Positions 4,904-14,736 of a DNA stretch of 28,624 bases are shown piece by piece. The stretch is from a virus (taxonomy: Duplodnaviria; Caudoviricetes). The notes beneath the pieces are model-generated. The model saw nothing but the letters and a program-made list of their open reading frames with translations, ran no database searches and was not told the origin of the DNA. Position 1 is the stretch's first letter. The number at the start of each line of letters is the position of its first letter. Location: the IMG/VR virus record IMGVR_UViG_3300027373_000015, positions 1 to 28,624 of that record. One strand, given 5' to 3'. The translations under genes and the position numbers were made by a program.

Positions 4904-6801
4904 GCATTGCAACCCTGCCCATACCTGCGGCGCCGCGCCCCAGGGCAGCAGAACGCAAGGTCTTTGCCAAGCGCAAGCGCTTGCATGGGCCGCAGTGGTT
5001 TGAACGTAACATCAACGTTCCGGTCGGCAGCCGTCAGGGCCTCTATCGCAACCAGAACAACCCTGCCATGTGGGGCGTGCTTGATTGGTCTACCAGATCC
5101 CATGTCAGGGTTACGGTGTTGGCCAAGGGTATCCAGATCGGCGGCACCCTGGCTTTTTACGGCCTGCTGCTGCGCGAAGGGGAATACACCAGCGATAACG
5201 CCCTGATTGTTGTTGCCGATGAACGCACCCTGAAAAAGCTGATCAAAAAACGGCTGCAGAAAATGATCGACAGCAGCCCTAACCTGGCCGCCATTAAATC
5301 AGCAAACCCCGATGACACCACCATGTACAGCGTTACCTTGGGTAACGGATTCACCATCGAGGGCGGCTGGGCATCATCAGAAGTTTCGGTATCGTCTGAA
5401 TCCTACCGGGTAGTCATCCTGGACGAAATCAGCAAATACAAATCACGGGGCAACATTGAAGATGCAAAAAGCCGTGCCACCGTATTCCCTGACACACACA
5501 AGATCTGGATCCTCTCCAGCCCCGGCATAGACACCGATGACCCGGAAAACCGTGATCCCCTCATGGTAGAGGCTGAAGCATGTGACGTGATGCTTGAATT
5601 TCACGCCAAATGCCCTGATTGCGGAAAAGAACAGGTAATGACCTTTGACCGGTTCGGCTGGCCCGGACAAGTCAATCTTGAAGGCAAAACAGAGGCAGAC
5701 CACAAGGCAATCCGCCGCAACCGCTCTGCCTGGTACCAGTGTGAACACTGTAATAGCCGCTGGAATGACTACAAGCGCGACAAAGCCGTGCTGGCCAGCA
5801 TGAAAACCGGCTGGAAACCAACCGACGGCTGCGACATCGAGCAACCCCAGTCGGTATATTTCCACTTTCCGGCCTGGCTCTCTCCCTATGTCAGCCTATC
5901 TGAAGTGGCGGCAAGCTGGCTTGAGGCCCAGGGGGATGAAGAGAAACTACGCAAGTGGTACAACCGCTTTGCCGGGGTAAGCCACCGCGTCAACAGCACC
6001 CATGCACCAGAGCTGGACGCCCTTGCCGATCGTGCCGAAGTCTACCCGGCAGAAGTGCCGATGAACGCCGGTATTCTTACCGCCGGGGTAGACGTACAGA
6101 TCAACCGGATAGAGATTGAAGTTGTGGCCTGGGGTGTAGGTAATGAATCGTGGGGCATAGAAAACAACGTCTTTTACGGTGACCCACGGCTGCCCGATGT
6201 CTGGGGTCAGCTCGACACCTACCTGATGAAGCGCTGGAAGCATGAAAGCGGGGTAGAAGTCGGCCTTTCACGTACCTTTGTAGACTCTGGCTACTGTACC
6301 AGCCACGTCTACAAATTCACCTCACCACGCAAGCCCCGCAACATCTACGCCGTTAAGGGGGCATCATCGGCAGAGGCTGCAGAGATCCTGGGGCCAACCA
6401 AACAGAGAATAGGATTAATCAAGGCAGAGGCCTTCATATTGGGCGGAAATAAATTAAAAAGCACCATGTTTGGCTACTTTGATATTACCCAGCCCGGCCC
6501 TGGCTACTGTCACCTACCTGACACCTACGACAAGACCTGGTACGAACAAATGCAGGCAGAACACCAGGTAGCCCAGAAGACAAGCGGTAAGCTGGTACAG
6601 GTCTGGCAAAAGAAAAAGGCCAACCTTGCCAACGAAGCCATAGACAAGCGCCAATATGCCCTGGCCGCGCTCATGTCTCTGAGGGTGGATATCAGGGCGC
6701 AAGTGGCAGCATTAAAATCTGCAGCAGCAAACCTTAACAAACCACAACAGCAAGCGGCATCAGGCCCAACAGGCGGATTTGTTCGCGGATGGAGACGATA
6801 A
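4900..6801 (+). CDS. terL: Terminase large subunit, lambda GpA family
   Basis: K.xQxG.T motif, VVILDE Walker B, CPDC/CEHC zinc motif, LTAGVDVQ nuclease motif, NEAID. Confidence 0.93.
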   Translation: MSIATLPIPAAPRPRAAERKVFAKRKRLHGPQWFERNINVPVGSRQGLYRNQNNPAMWGVLDWSTRSHVRVTVLAKGIQIGGTLAFYGLLLREGEYTSDNALIVVADERTLKKLIKKRLQKMIDSSPNLAAIKSANPDDTTMYSVTLGNGFTIEGGWASSEVSVSSESYRVVILDEISKYKSRGNIEDAKSRATVFPDTHKIWILSSPGIDTDDPENRDPLMVEAEACDVMLEFHAKCPDCGKEQVMTFDRFGWPGQVNLEGKTEADHKAIRRNRSAWYQCEHCNSRWNDYKRDKAVLASMKTGWKPTDGCDIEQPQSVYFHFPAWLSPYVSLSEVAASWLEAQGDEEKLRKWYNRFAGVSHRVNSTHAPELDALADRAEVYPAEVPMNAGILTAGVDVQINRIEIEVVAWGVGNESWGIENNVFYGDPRLPDVWGQLDTYLMKRWKHESGVEVGLSRTFVDSGYCTSHVYKFTSPRKPRNIYAVKGASSAEAAEILGPTKQRIGLIKAEAFILGGNKLKSTMFGYFDITQPGPGYCHLPDTYDKTWYEQMQAEHQVAQKTSGKLVQVWQKKKANLANEAIDKRQYALAALMSLRVDIRAQVAALKSAAANLNKPQQQAASGPTGGFVRGWRR

Positions 6802-6802
6802 C

Positions 6803-7015
6803 ATGGCATCACCATATCTTACAATCGGACAGGTAGCGCAAAAGCTGGGGGTCAGCACCCGTACCGTCCGCAACTGGTGGCTGTCAGGTAAAACCTCTTT
6901 GCAGGTCTGGTGCCCTGGCCACCTGCTGGGTAAAACAGGCATCAAGTTTACACGGAAAAGTGTGGAAGTTTTCATACAACAAGGCAACGTGAAGCCCGAA
7001 GAATACACGAAATAG
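6803..7015 (+). CDS. Helix-turn-helix DNA-binding protein (MerR/excisionase-like)
   Basis: YLTIGQVAQKLGVSTRTVRNW; GGAG SD. Confidence 0.85.
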   Translation: MASPYLTIGQVAQKLGVSTRTVRNWWLSGKTSLQVWCPGHLLGKTGIKFTRKSVEVFIQQGNVKPEEYTK

Positions 7016-7032
7016 CTCACTGTACATGCAGT

Positions 7033-7077
7033 GAAAAAGTCGAAAAAGTCGAAAAAGTCGAAAAAGTCGAAAAGGCC
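7033..7077 (+). repeat. Tandem 9-bp repeat GAAAAAGTC x4 plus one variant
   Basis: Directly visible in intergenic gap. Confidence 0.95.
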
Positions 7078-7099
7078 TACATGCTTTTCGGCTTTTTTT
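7061..7099 (+). terminator. Hairpin / possible intrinsic terminator overlapping the repeats
   Basis: AAAAAGTCGAAAAG pairs with CTTTTCGGCTTTTT, ending in a T run. Confidence 0.45.
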
Positions 7100-7118
7100 A
7101 TTGCACGCTCTAACCACC

Positions 7119-7685
7119 ATGAGCGTAACCATACCAACAACCGAACCGCAGCAACTTCAGGCCGGTGATTCCATCAAATGGAAGATCAGCCTGGCTGATT
7201 ATCCGGCCTCTGCTGGCTGGTATCTTAAGTACCGGCTGCTGGCATCAAGCGGCAAGATTGATATCAGATCTAACGCTGATGGTGATGACCACCTGGTTGC
7301 AATCACTGCTGCTGCCTCTGCAGCCTGGTCCGCCGGTACCTACACCATGCAGCGCATGGTTACCAACGACACAGACCGCTACACCCTTGACACCCGTACC
7401 ATCCAAATCCTGCCTGATCTGTCAGCAGCAACCGACGCAACCGATACCCGCACACAGGCACGCCGGGCACTGGATGCTATTAACGCCGTACTTGAGGGTC
7501 GTGCCTCCCGCTCTGATGCAGAGTATGAAGTTACCACCGCTGGATCTACCCGCAAACTTAAGTCCTTAACTACAGAGCAACTGCTTCCCCTGCTGCAGCA
7601 TTACACTCTGGCTGTCTGGCGTGAACAGAACCCCGGCAAGCTCTGCCCGCAACTACGCCTTAATGTGAGGTGTACCAATGGGTAA
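7119..7685 (+). CDS. Head completion / head-tail joining protein (gpW-like position)
   Basis: Between terminase and portal; LDAINAVLEGRA...EYEV...RKL C-terminus. Confidence 0.65.
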   Translation: MSVTIPTTEPQQLQAGDSIKWKISLADYPASAGWYLKYRLLASSGKIDIRSNADGDDHLVAITAAASAAWSAGTYTMQRMVTNDTDRYTLDTRTIQILPDLSAATDATDTRTQARRALDAINAVLEGRASRSDAEYEVTTAGSTRKLKSLTTEQLLPLLQHYTLAVWREQNPGKLCPQLRLNVRCTNG

Positions 7686-9207
7686 GCTCAGTCGCATGGT
7701 CAACCGTGCCCTATCTGCCGTGGGCCTGCGCCGTGTGCGCAACTCCGGTATTGTCCCTGGCACAGAATCCTATCAGATCCTGAAAGAGTGGATTGAAAGC
7801 CCGTTAAAGGGTGCCGGTTCGCTTGATTGGGATCTGCGCAACAAGATCAGATCTACCCGTACCACCTCCCGCAAGCTGGCCCTTAATAACCCGCTGGTAC
7901 GTCAATATTTGCAGCTGCTTGAGCAAAACGTCATCGGCCCGCGCGGTATGCGCCTGCAGTGTCAGGTGCGTGATGCTGACGGAAAACTGAATAAATCCAT
8001 CAACAACGCCATTGAAGCCGCATTTGCTGATTTCTGGCGTTACCCCTGGGTAGATGGCCGCCTGTCCGGTGTACAGGGCGAGCAGCTGCTTATCCGCACC
8101 ATGGCTGTTGATGGTGAGGCCTTTGTCCGTCGCGTGCTGGGTAGCCGCTTCAAGTACGGCATGGCCCTGCAAATGATTGATGCAGACCTGGTTGATCATC
8201 ACCTTAACCGTCCCCGTGGTGCCAACGGAGAAAATGAAATTAGGCTGGGTATTGAAGTTGATGAATGGGGTGCGGATGTTGCCATCTACGTGCTGGAATC
8301 TGGCCAGCAGGATATTAACGGCGGACGTTCACAGCGCAAGCACAACCGTATACCGGCATCTGAAATCATCCACCTTTACGATCCAGAGCGGATCAATCAG
8401 AGCCGGGGCATTACCTGGCTGAACTCGGTTGCTTTGTCGCTCAACATTCTGGACGGCTATGTAGAAGCTTCTTTGGTTACTGCCCGTACCGCTGCCTGCT
8501 CCATGCCTATGTTCAGGCACACCAACACAGAGGCATACAGCACCGATTCAAGCGGCAACCCTGTAGCACAAAACTTTAGCATCGAACTAAACCCAGGCGG
8601 TGGTCTTACTCTTCCGCCCGGACTCGAAATGCAGGAATTCGACCCCAGCAAGCCAACTATCGGCTTTGGGGAATTCACCAAAGAGAACAAGCGCTGGGTT
8701 TCATCCGGCATGCAGGTTTCTTACAACGCCCTGGCTAATGACCTTGAAGGGGTCAACTACTCCAGTATGCGTTCAGGGCTGCTGATAGAGCGTGATTCAT
8801 GGCAGTGCCTGCAACAGATGTGGGTAGATCGTTTCAGACACCCGGTGCATGCCTGGTTTGTGCCTGCTGCAATTCTCTCAGGTAACCTTCGGTTGCCCAC
8901 CCGTGATGCCTCCCTGTATCTGGCTGCCCGCTTTATACCTCGTGGCTGGAAGTGGGTTGATCCGCTCAAAGATGTTACCGCCGCTGTATTGGCCATTAAA
9001 GAGGGGCTTGGTTCCCGCACCGGATTCCTGGGCGAACAGGGCGAAGATTTTGAAGCCATTGTTGAGCAGCTGGCGGATGAAGCCAACATTACCAGTGATG
9101 CCGGTATCACCCTGGGAGAAGATCAACAACAGAACCAGCAGCAGAATAGTGATAAGCGCCTGATGGCCGCCCTACGTCTGCTGCTTGCAGAAGAAAAGGA
9201 GGCATAA
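7678..9207 (+). CDS. Portal protein, lambda family
   Basis: SRKLALNNP, VDGEAF, Q.RG, VNYSSMRSGL, WVDPLKD motifs. Confidence 0.93.
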   Translation: MGKLSRMVNRALSAVGLRRVRNSGIVPGTESYQILKEWIESPLKGAGSLDWDLRNKIRSTRTTSRKLALNNPLVRQYLQLLEQNVIGPRGMRLQCQVRDADGKLNKSINNAIEAAFADFWRYPWVDGRLSGVQGEQLLIRTMAVDGEAFVRRVLGSRFKYGMALQMIDADLVDHHLNRPRGANGENEIRLGIEVDEWGADVAIYVLESGQQDINGGRSQRKHNRIPASEIIHLYDPERINQSRGITWLNSVALSLNILDGYVEASLVTARTAACSMPMFRHTNTEAYSTDSSGNPVAQNFSIELNPGGGLTLPPGLEMQEFDPSKPTIGFGEFTKENKRWVSSGMQVSYNALANDLEGVNYSSMRSGLLIERDSWQCLQQMWVDRFRHPVHAWFVPAAILSGNLRLPTRDASLYLAARFIPRGWKWVDPLKDVTAAVLAIKEGLGSRTGFLGEQGEDFEAIVEQLADEANITSDAGITLGEDQQQNQQQNSDKRLMAALRLLLAEEKEA

Positions 9208-9210
9208 CCC

Positions 9211-11190
9211 ATGCCTGAAAAGAAATTCTACTCAATCAAAGCCATGGCAGAAACCAACACGGCTGAGATCTTTATCTATGAGCAGATTGGTGAAGATTGG
9301 TGGACCGGTGAAGGAATTGCCGCGAAAAACTTCTGCAAAGAAGTGGCTGCCCTCAAGGTTAACCAGATCGATCTGCACATTAATAGCCCTGGTGGTTCGG
9401 TGTTTGATGGTCAGGCCATCTACAACGCACTCAAGCGCCACCCTGCCAGCGTCACCACCTACGTTGACGGTATTGCCGCTTCAATCGCCTCAGTTATTGC
9501 CCTGGCTGGTGACACTGTCGTTATGGCCCCCAATGCCCTCTATATGATTCATAACCCTTGGGGCCTGGCACAAGGCAGCGCCGATGAAATGCGCAAGTAT
9601 GCAGACCTGCTGGACAAGGTGCGTGACACCATCGTTTCTGTCTACCGCGAAAAGTGCGGCCTGTCTGATGAAGAGATCATTGCTGCCATGGATGCAGAAA
9701 CCTGGATGAGTGCAGAAGAAGCCCAGGCGTTTGGATTTGTAGATCAGATTGGCGACGAACTGAAGCTGGCTGCCATGGCACTGAAAGGCGCTTCTGAGTT
9801 TGACTTCAAGGCCCTGGGCTTCAAAAAAGCCCCGGCCATTTCCGCAAGCATTACCTCTGCTCCGGCAGAGACACCACAAACGGCCCCACAGGCCGAAATA
9901 AAGGAGGCTCCAATGCCTAACGTAGCTGTTGGAACCCCGGCTGCCGGGGAACGTAACCATCAGAGCGAAGCTGCAGAAATTGCAGCAATGTGCGCACAGA
10001 ACCACTGTGCAGACCGTGCATCAGGATTTATTAAAGCCGGTCTCACCCCTGATCAGGTCGGGCGCCAGATTCTTGATCTACACGCATCCGGCGCACTAGC
10101 CACCCCTGCTGCAGAAGCCCCGGCACTGGTAGACATGGGTAAAGATGCTAAGCTGTACAGCTACCAGAAAGCTGTACTGGCTGCTATTGAAATGCGCGAA
10201 GGCCGCAACGCATCCGGGTTTGAGTATGAAATCCACCAAGAGATCGCCAAGCGTCTGCCCCAAAACTACCAGGCCAAAGGTGGCATTTTTATGCCTATGC
10301 GGGTGCAGAACACCGTGCTTACCACCGGAGGTACCAACACCGGTGCTGAAACCGTATTTACTGAGTACGGTGAATTCATCGACCTGCTGCGCAACATCTC
10401 TGTTGTTGCCCGCATGGGTGCCCGTACTCTAACTGATCTGCGCGGCCCGATCACCTTCCCGAAACAGACCGGCGCAAGCACCGCATACTGGGTAGGTGAA
10501 AACCCAGGCGCCGGTGTAACTCAGAGCAACCCCACCTTTGGCACCATGACTATGAGCCCCAAAACCATGCAGGCAACCGGTGCAGTATCCCGCCAGCTGC
10601 TGGTACAGTCTACGCCTGATGTTGAAGGTCTGGTACGTGAAGATCTGGCAGCAGTCCACGCCCTTGGCTGGGATCTGGCCGCCCTGCACGGAACCGGAGC
10701 AGCAAACGACCCAACCGGCGTATATGTAGCTGCTGGTGTCAATGCTGTTGCTATGGGTGGTGTGCCAACCTTCGGCAAGCTGGTAGACATGGAGACCGAA
10801 ATCAACAAAGACAATGCCCTGATCAACAATATGGGCTTTGTAACCACCTCTGGTATGGCCGGAAAGATGCGCCAGACCCTTGAAAGCGCCACCGCTGGTG
10901 CCCGCTGGATCTGGGACGGCAACGCCATGGAAGGCATCATGGCTGGCTACCGTGCGGTATCCAGTAACCAGGTTAAAGCAAATCTTGGCACAGGTACAGA
11001 TGAACACGGCATTGTCCTGGGCAACTGGGCTGACATGCTGATCGGTATGTGGGCAGGCCTGGAGCTGATTGTTGATCCGTACACCCTGGCTGACCAGGGG
11101 CTGGTCAAAGTCACCTCGTTCCAGATGTGTGACGTAGGCCTGCGCCGAGCAGAATCTTTCTGCAAGGCCACTGGAGCCAAGCTAGCCTAA
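9211..11190 (+). CDS. ClpP-type prohead protease fused to major capsid protein (HK97 fold)
   Basis: INSPGGSVFDG, GIAASIAS, MIHNPW, ETWMSAEEA..GFVD followed by capsid motifs (AYWVGE, GTGAANDPTG, GNWAD, VDPYT). Confidence 0.92.
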   Translation: MPEKKFYSIKAMAETNTAEIFIYEQIGEDWWTGEGIAAKNFCKEVAALKVNQIDLHINSPGGSVFDGQAIYNALKRHPASVTTYVDGIAASIASVIALAGDTVVMAPNALYMIHNPWGLAQGSADEMRKYADLLDKVRDTIVSVYREKCGLSDEEIIAAMDAETWMSAEEAQAFGFVDQIGDELKLAAMALKGASEFDFKALGFKKAPAISASITSAPAETPQTAPQAEIKEAPMPNVAVGTPAAGERNHQSEAAEIAAMCAQNHCADRASGFIKAGLTPDQVGRQILDLHASGALATPAAEAPALVDMGKDAKLYSYQKAVLAAIEMREGRNASGFEYEIHQEIAKRLPQNYQAKGGIFMPMRVQNTVLTTGGTNTGAETVFTEYGEFIDLLRNISVVARMGARTLTDLRGPITFPKQTGASTAYWVGENPGAGVTQSNPTFGTMTMSPKTMQATGAVSRQLLVQSTPDVEGLVREDLAAVHALGWDLAALHGTGAANDPTGVYVAAGVNAVAMGGVPTFGKLVDMETEINKDNALINNMGFVTTSGMAGKMRQTLESATAGARWIWDGNAMEGIMAGYRAVSSNQVKANLGTGTDEHGIVLGNWADMLIGMWAGLELIVDPYTLADQGLVKVTSFQMCDVGLRRAESFCKATGAKLA

Positions 11191-11203
11191 TCAAACCTGA
11201 AAC

Positions 11204-11227
11204 GGGCGGCCTGTAATGAGGCCGCCC
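11204..11227 (+). terminator. GC-rich hairpin after capsid gene
   Basis: GGGCGGCCT-gtaatg-AGGCCGCCC; no T tail, so may be an mRNA stabiliser. Confidence 0.45.
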
Positions 11228-11245
11228 TGTAATGAGGACATACCT

Positions 11246-11527
11246 ATGAAAAAATATAAAGTATTACGCGGCTTTTGCCTTGGTGCCGGGAAAGATGTTC
11301 ATCCTGGCGAAGAAATTGAGCTGACGCCTGAACGGGCAGAACTTTTTATCCGTCAAGGCCGTATCAAGCTGGTCACAGACCCGATTGACATGAACAAGGC
11401 CGCCCTGCTGGCCAGTATCGCCATTGCCGAGTCGGTTGAAGTGCTTAACGAGCTGGTAGGCGCTGAAGAGACAGACACTGAAATTGTTGAAGCCTATGAA
11501 GCCCGTGCTGCAGAGCTTGAAGGGTGA
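11246..11527 (+). CDS. Hypothetical head-associated protein
   Basis: GAGGA SD; follows capsid gene. Confidence 0.7.
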   Translation: MKKYKVLRGFCLGAGKDVHPGEEIELTPERAELFIRQGRIKLVTDPIDMNKAALLASIAIAESVEVLNELVGAEETDTEIVEAYEARAAELEG

Positions 11528-11832
11528 GTATTCCAGGCTCTGAAATAGCCAGCATATCGCTGGCTGACTTCGGCGAACCCTGCACCCTGCAGCATAGAGC
11601 AACCCGCCGCCCGGTCACCGCTATTGTCTCAGACATCAACGAACCCGGCCGCGTGATCATGGGCGAAGGTCCGGCAGATGAACACAGCATCGAACTGGCA
11701 GCAGCAGAGGCCGCCGGTGTCAACACAGACTGGACCGCAACCGTCCAGGCAACCGGCATTACCCGCCCTGTGTTGTGGGTATCGCCACCCAATGCAGGCT
11801 TTGTCAAAATCATCCTGGGGGCTGCAGTATGA
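11524..11832 (+). CDS. Putative head-tail adaptor
   Basis: Position, size, overlapping start/stop; LADFGEP N-terminal motif. Confidence 0.55.
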   Translation: MSIPGSEIASISLADFGEPCTLQHRATRRPVTAIVSDINEPGRVIMGEGPADEHSIELAAAEAAGVNTDWTATVQATGITRPVLWVSPPNAGFVKIILGAAV

Positions 11833-12275
11833 GCACCGTAACCTACAGCCAGATCGTGCAGCACATGGTGGCCACCCTGGTCAACCTGCTGCCGGTAAAG
11901 CACAGGGCCAGCGTTATTGCCTGGCCTGATCGCCCCGATGATCTGACTGAACAGAAGCTGGAAAAAGATCATCCTAACGGTTGCTACGCCGTTCGGTATC
12001 TGAAATCAACTGCAGGCGAAACCGGACACGAAACCGCCCTGTTCGGCGTGGTGCTGGTGGCAAACGGTTTTACCCGTGTGGGCAACATGGCAGCCACAGC
12101 AAAGATAGCCATGCAGGATGAAGTATCACCCCTGGGTCAGAAGTATACCTTTGCCGGGGTAGAACCGATTGAGCACCTGGCAGGCTGGGTGAAAGACACC
12201 GCAATATTTTCCGTATTCAGAGGGAAGCAGAGCATTACAAACAAGGCCGCGTTAATAGCGGATCTCAATCTTTAA
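11829..12275 (+). CDS. Putative tail terminator (Gp37-like)
   Basis: ATGA overlap; WPDRPDD...HPNG motif; precedes tail tube. Confidence 0.55.
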   Translation: MSTVTYSQIVQHMVATLVNLLPVKHRASVIAWPDRPDDLTEQKLEKDHPNGCYAVRYLKSTAGETGHETALFGVVLVANGFTRVGNMAATAKIAMQDEVSPLGQKYTFAGVEPIEHLAGWVKDTAIFSVFRGKQSITNKAALIADLNL

Positions 12276-12285
12276 GGAGAAAACC

Positions 12286-13056
12286 ATGCAAGGACCATTG
12301 AGAGCAACAAAGTATTTCATGCCTCAGGGCCGGTTGATGATGGCAGAAAAAGACCCCACCACCGGCGAACCGATGGGCTTTATTCATGTCGGAAACGCCG
12401 TTGATATCAAGGCCTCTCTCAACGTATCAACCATCGACAAGAAAGAGGCAATGACCGGTCAGTTTGGCTTGGCTGCCCAGTTTGAAAACGAAAAAGGCGT
12501 TAACTTTTCTTTCACCCTGGAAAGTTTTCACGAAGAAAATCTGGCAATGGCATTGCGTGCCAACATCACAACCATTGGTGCAGGTACAGCCGCTGACAAG
12601 CCTATAAAATTGTACAAAGGCAAAGAGATGGTCCTGCCGCATATCAAGGCCACGGTAACGGAAATCACTTCAGCTGATGGAGCGACTACTTATGTTGCAG
12701 GTACCGATTACATCGCTTACGACAACTCTGTGCTAGTGCCTGCTGCATCTGGTGCCCTTGCTACTGCTGACACCGGCGATGGTGTTGACGTGCTGGTCAC
12801 CTACAGTTACCCCGCTCAAAAGAAAGTTGATTCGTTCACCACTGGCCAGAAAAGTTACTGGTTCTGGCTGGATGCCATTGACGCTGCTAATGATCTGGGC
12901 GTGAAGAGCTTCCACTTTTACAAAGTCAACCCGCAGCCACTGAAAGAACTGCTGCTGATCTCAAGCGAACCGGGGAATATCTCCATTGAAGGTGCCTGTA
13001 TGCTGGATGAAACCCGTCCGTCTGGCACGTCAAAATTCTTCAGCTACAGCGAATAA
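12286..13056 (+). CDS. Major tail tube protein
   Basis: TAAGGAG SD; YFMPQGR...VGNA...ENLAMAL pattern typical of siphovirus tube proteins. Confidence 0.75.
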   Translation: MQGPLRATKYFMPQGRLMMAEKDPTTGEPMGFIHVGNAVDIKASLNVSTIDKKEAMTGQFGLAAQFENEKGVNFSFTLESFHEENLAMALRANITTIGAGTAADKPIKLYKGKEMVLPHIKATVTEITSADGATTYVAGTDYIAYDNSVLVPAASGALATADTGDGVDVLVTYSYPAQKKVDSFTTGQKSYWFWLDAIDAANDLGVKSFHFYKVNPQPLKELLLISSEPGNISIEGACMLDETRPSGTSKFFSYSE

Positions 13057-13069
13057 CCGATGCAGGCCA

Positions 13070-13096
13070 GCGGGGATGATTTCTAATCATCCCCGC
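13070..13096 (+). terminator. Perfect 12-bp hairpin after tail tube gene
   Basis: GCGGGGATGATT-tct-AATCATCCCCGC. Confidence 0.5.
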
Positions 13097-13153
13097 GCAC
13101 AAGCACCGATTACAACCATCCTTTGTCGGAGAACACCGACCAGGAGCCACGTA

Positions 13154-13423
13154 ATGACCACCACCATAACCTTCAAAGCCTCAATCAAAGAAAGCATGAT
13201 CTCTCTTGATCAGTTTTTAAACACCCGCGTTTCAGTCGCTGATGATGGCTATGGTTATGCTGATGAAATGCTGTCTGCTCGTGCTTGGCGTTTGCGTGAA
13301 AAATCAAGGCTGTATGTGTGGATTGATCGGCTGTTCTTCTGGGATAAAGATCATTGTAAAGAATGCTACGAAATTGAACTTGAGCGTAAGCAGTTGCCGC
13401 CTGAGTACAGGGTGTTTAAGTAA
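13154..13423 (+). CDS. Small phage protein (SLDQFLN...DEMLSARAWR...IDRLFFW..DHC)
   Basis: AGGAG SD; motif pattern familiar from phage tail/lysis regions. Confidence 0.75.
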   Translation: MTTTITFKASIKESMISLDQFLNTRVSVADDGYGYADEMLSARAWRLREKSRLYVWIDRLFFWDKDHCKECYEIELERKQLPPEYRVFK

Positions 13424-14724
13424 TGGCAACTGAATACGCATTATTAACTGAAAACGGAACAAGCGGAAGCTACTGGGCTTCACTGACTACTGAACAAAAA
13501 GCTAGGTATTATTCTAATCGTGCGGGCCAGTATATTGTTTTCAGTAGTCTTAATGGCATTGTTAGTTACCCATCTACAGGTGGTATAGGCAATATAGAGG
13601 CAGTAGTTGAGGTATATGACGCATTTAATGATACAGCTTCCGCCACATCATCATCAATGCCTAGTTTATATAGTCTGACCATAACAACCATGATAAATGG
13701 AGTTAGAACTCCAGCATTTCATGGAGGTATATCAGGATCAGGATATAGACGTACTGCAAATAGTAGTAGTTATAGTGTGATCCCTTTACTTAAATCCAGA
13801 ACTACGGTTGATGGGTTAGAACTTATAAATCAAAATACTACTGGTGGACAGGCCATTAGCTTGCCTAATGCAGCAGCAGTATGTGTTATAAAAAATAATA
13901 TTGTTACTGGCTACCGAGGTATAACTGATTCTGGAGCAGGATCATTATTTTTAAATAATATTGCATTAAACTGTACACAATATGGTTTTGGAGTAGGGTA
14001 CGCCTATGGCGCTGGTTCATTATGGGCGAATAATCTAGCAGCAAAATGTGGAACTGGTTTTAGTAATGCTTCCGGTTCTTCATGTTACTCTACATTCATA
14101 GGTAACGCTGCTGTTGGTTGTTCTGTCGCTAATTGGTCTACAATTCCATCAAATGCACTTGCCAGTAATAATGCAGGTGTATCTGGAGATAGCCCTTGGA
14201 ATACATTTGGTACGGCTATAACATCACTAACAGCCGACAATACAACATTTTATGATTATGCAAATAATGACTTTAGACCAGCATCAGGTTCTTCCCCGCT
14301 TGTAAATGCTAATATTAATTGGAATGGTCAAATAAACACTGACATTATTGGAAAATTTAGACCTGATTATGAATCAGCAACTTACCCAGACAACCTACGG
14401 GATATCGGCCCGTTTGAATATGATCACGGTGAAGGTAATACCCCGCCTGCATCTTGCAACCTGACTATATCCGCGCCAACATCCCTTGTCGGTGCAGAAA
14501 TCCGCATTTACGATAACGACAACAGCCCTGCAGGATCTTTCGGAACTGAGCTTGCCGGTACTGAATCACACACTGCCAGCACCTACACCTATACCGGCCT
14601 GGCTGGTAATTCCATCATCATCCAGATTATGCACAATGATTTTAAAGAGTTTGTCCAGACCTATACCCTGCCGTCTGTTGACACTGAACTTTACGCACGC
14701 ATGACCCCAGATGCAAACAAGTAA
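13423..14724 (+). CDS. Right-handed beta-helix (pectin lyase-like) protein, putative spike or adhesin
   Basis: Asn/Gly repeats (IKNNIV, FLNNIA, WANNLA, FIGNAA), NDFRPASGSSPLVNA...DIGPFEY motif. Confidence 0.7.
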   Translation: MATEYALLTENGTSGSYWASLTTEQKARYYSNRAGQYIVFSSLNGIVSYPSTGGIGNIEAVVEVYDAFNDTASATSSSMPSLYSLTITTMINGVRTPAFHGGISGSGYRRTANSSSYSVIPLLKSRTTVDGLELINQNTTGGQAISLPNAAAVCVIKNNIVTGYRGITDSGAGSLFLNNIALNCTQYGFGVGYAYGAGSLWANNLAAKCGTGFSNASGSSCYSTFIGNAAVGCSVANWSTIPSNALASNNAGVSGDSPWNTFGTAITSLTADNTTFYDYANNDFRPASGSSPLVNANINWNGQINTDIIGKFRPDYESATYPDNLRDIGPFEYDHGEGNTPPASCNLTISAPTSLVGAEIRIYDNDNSPAGSFGTELAGTESHTASTYTYTGLAGNSIIIQIMHNDFKEFVQTYTLPSVDTELYARMTPDANK

Positions 14725-14736
14725 AGGAGCATACCA

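Noticed and set aside
6760-7140. Minus-strand ORFs with FDFFDF or RLFRLF repeats
   Set aside because: Translation artefacts of the 9-bp tandem repeat
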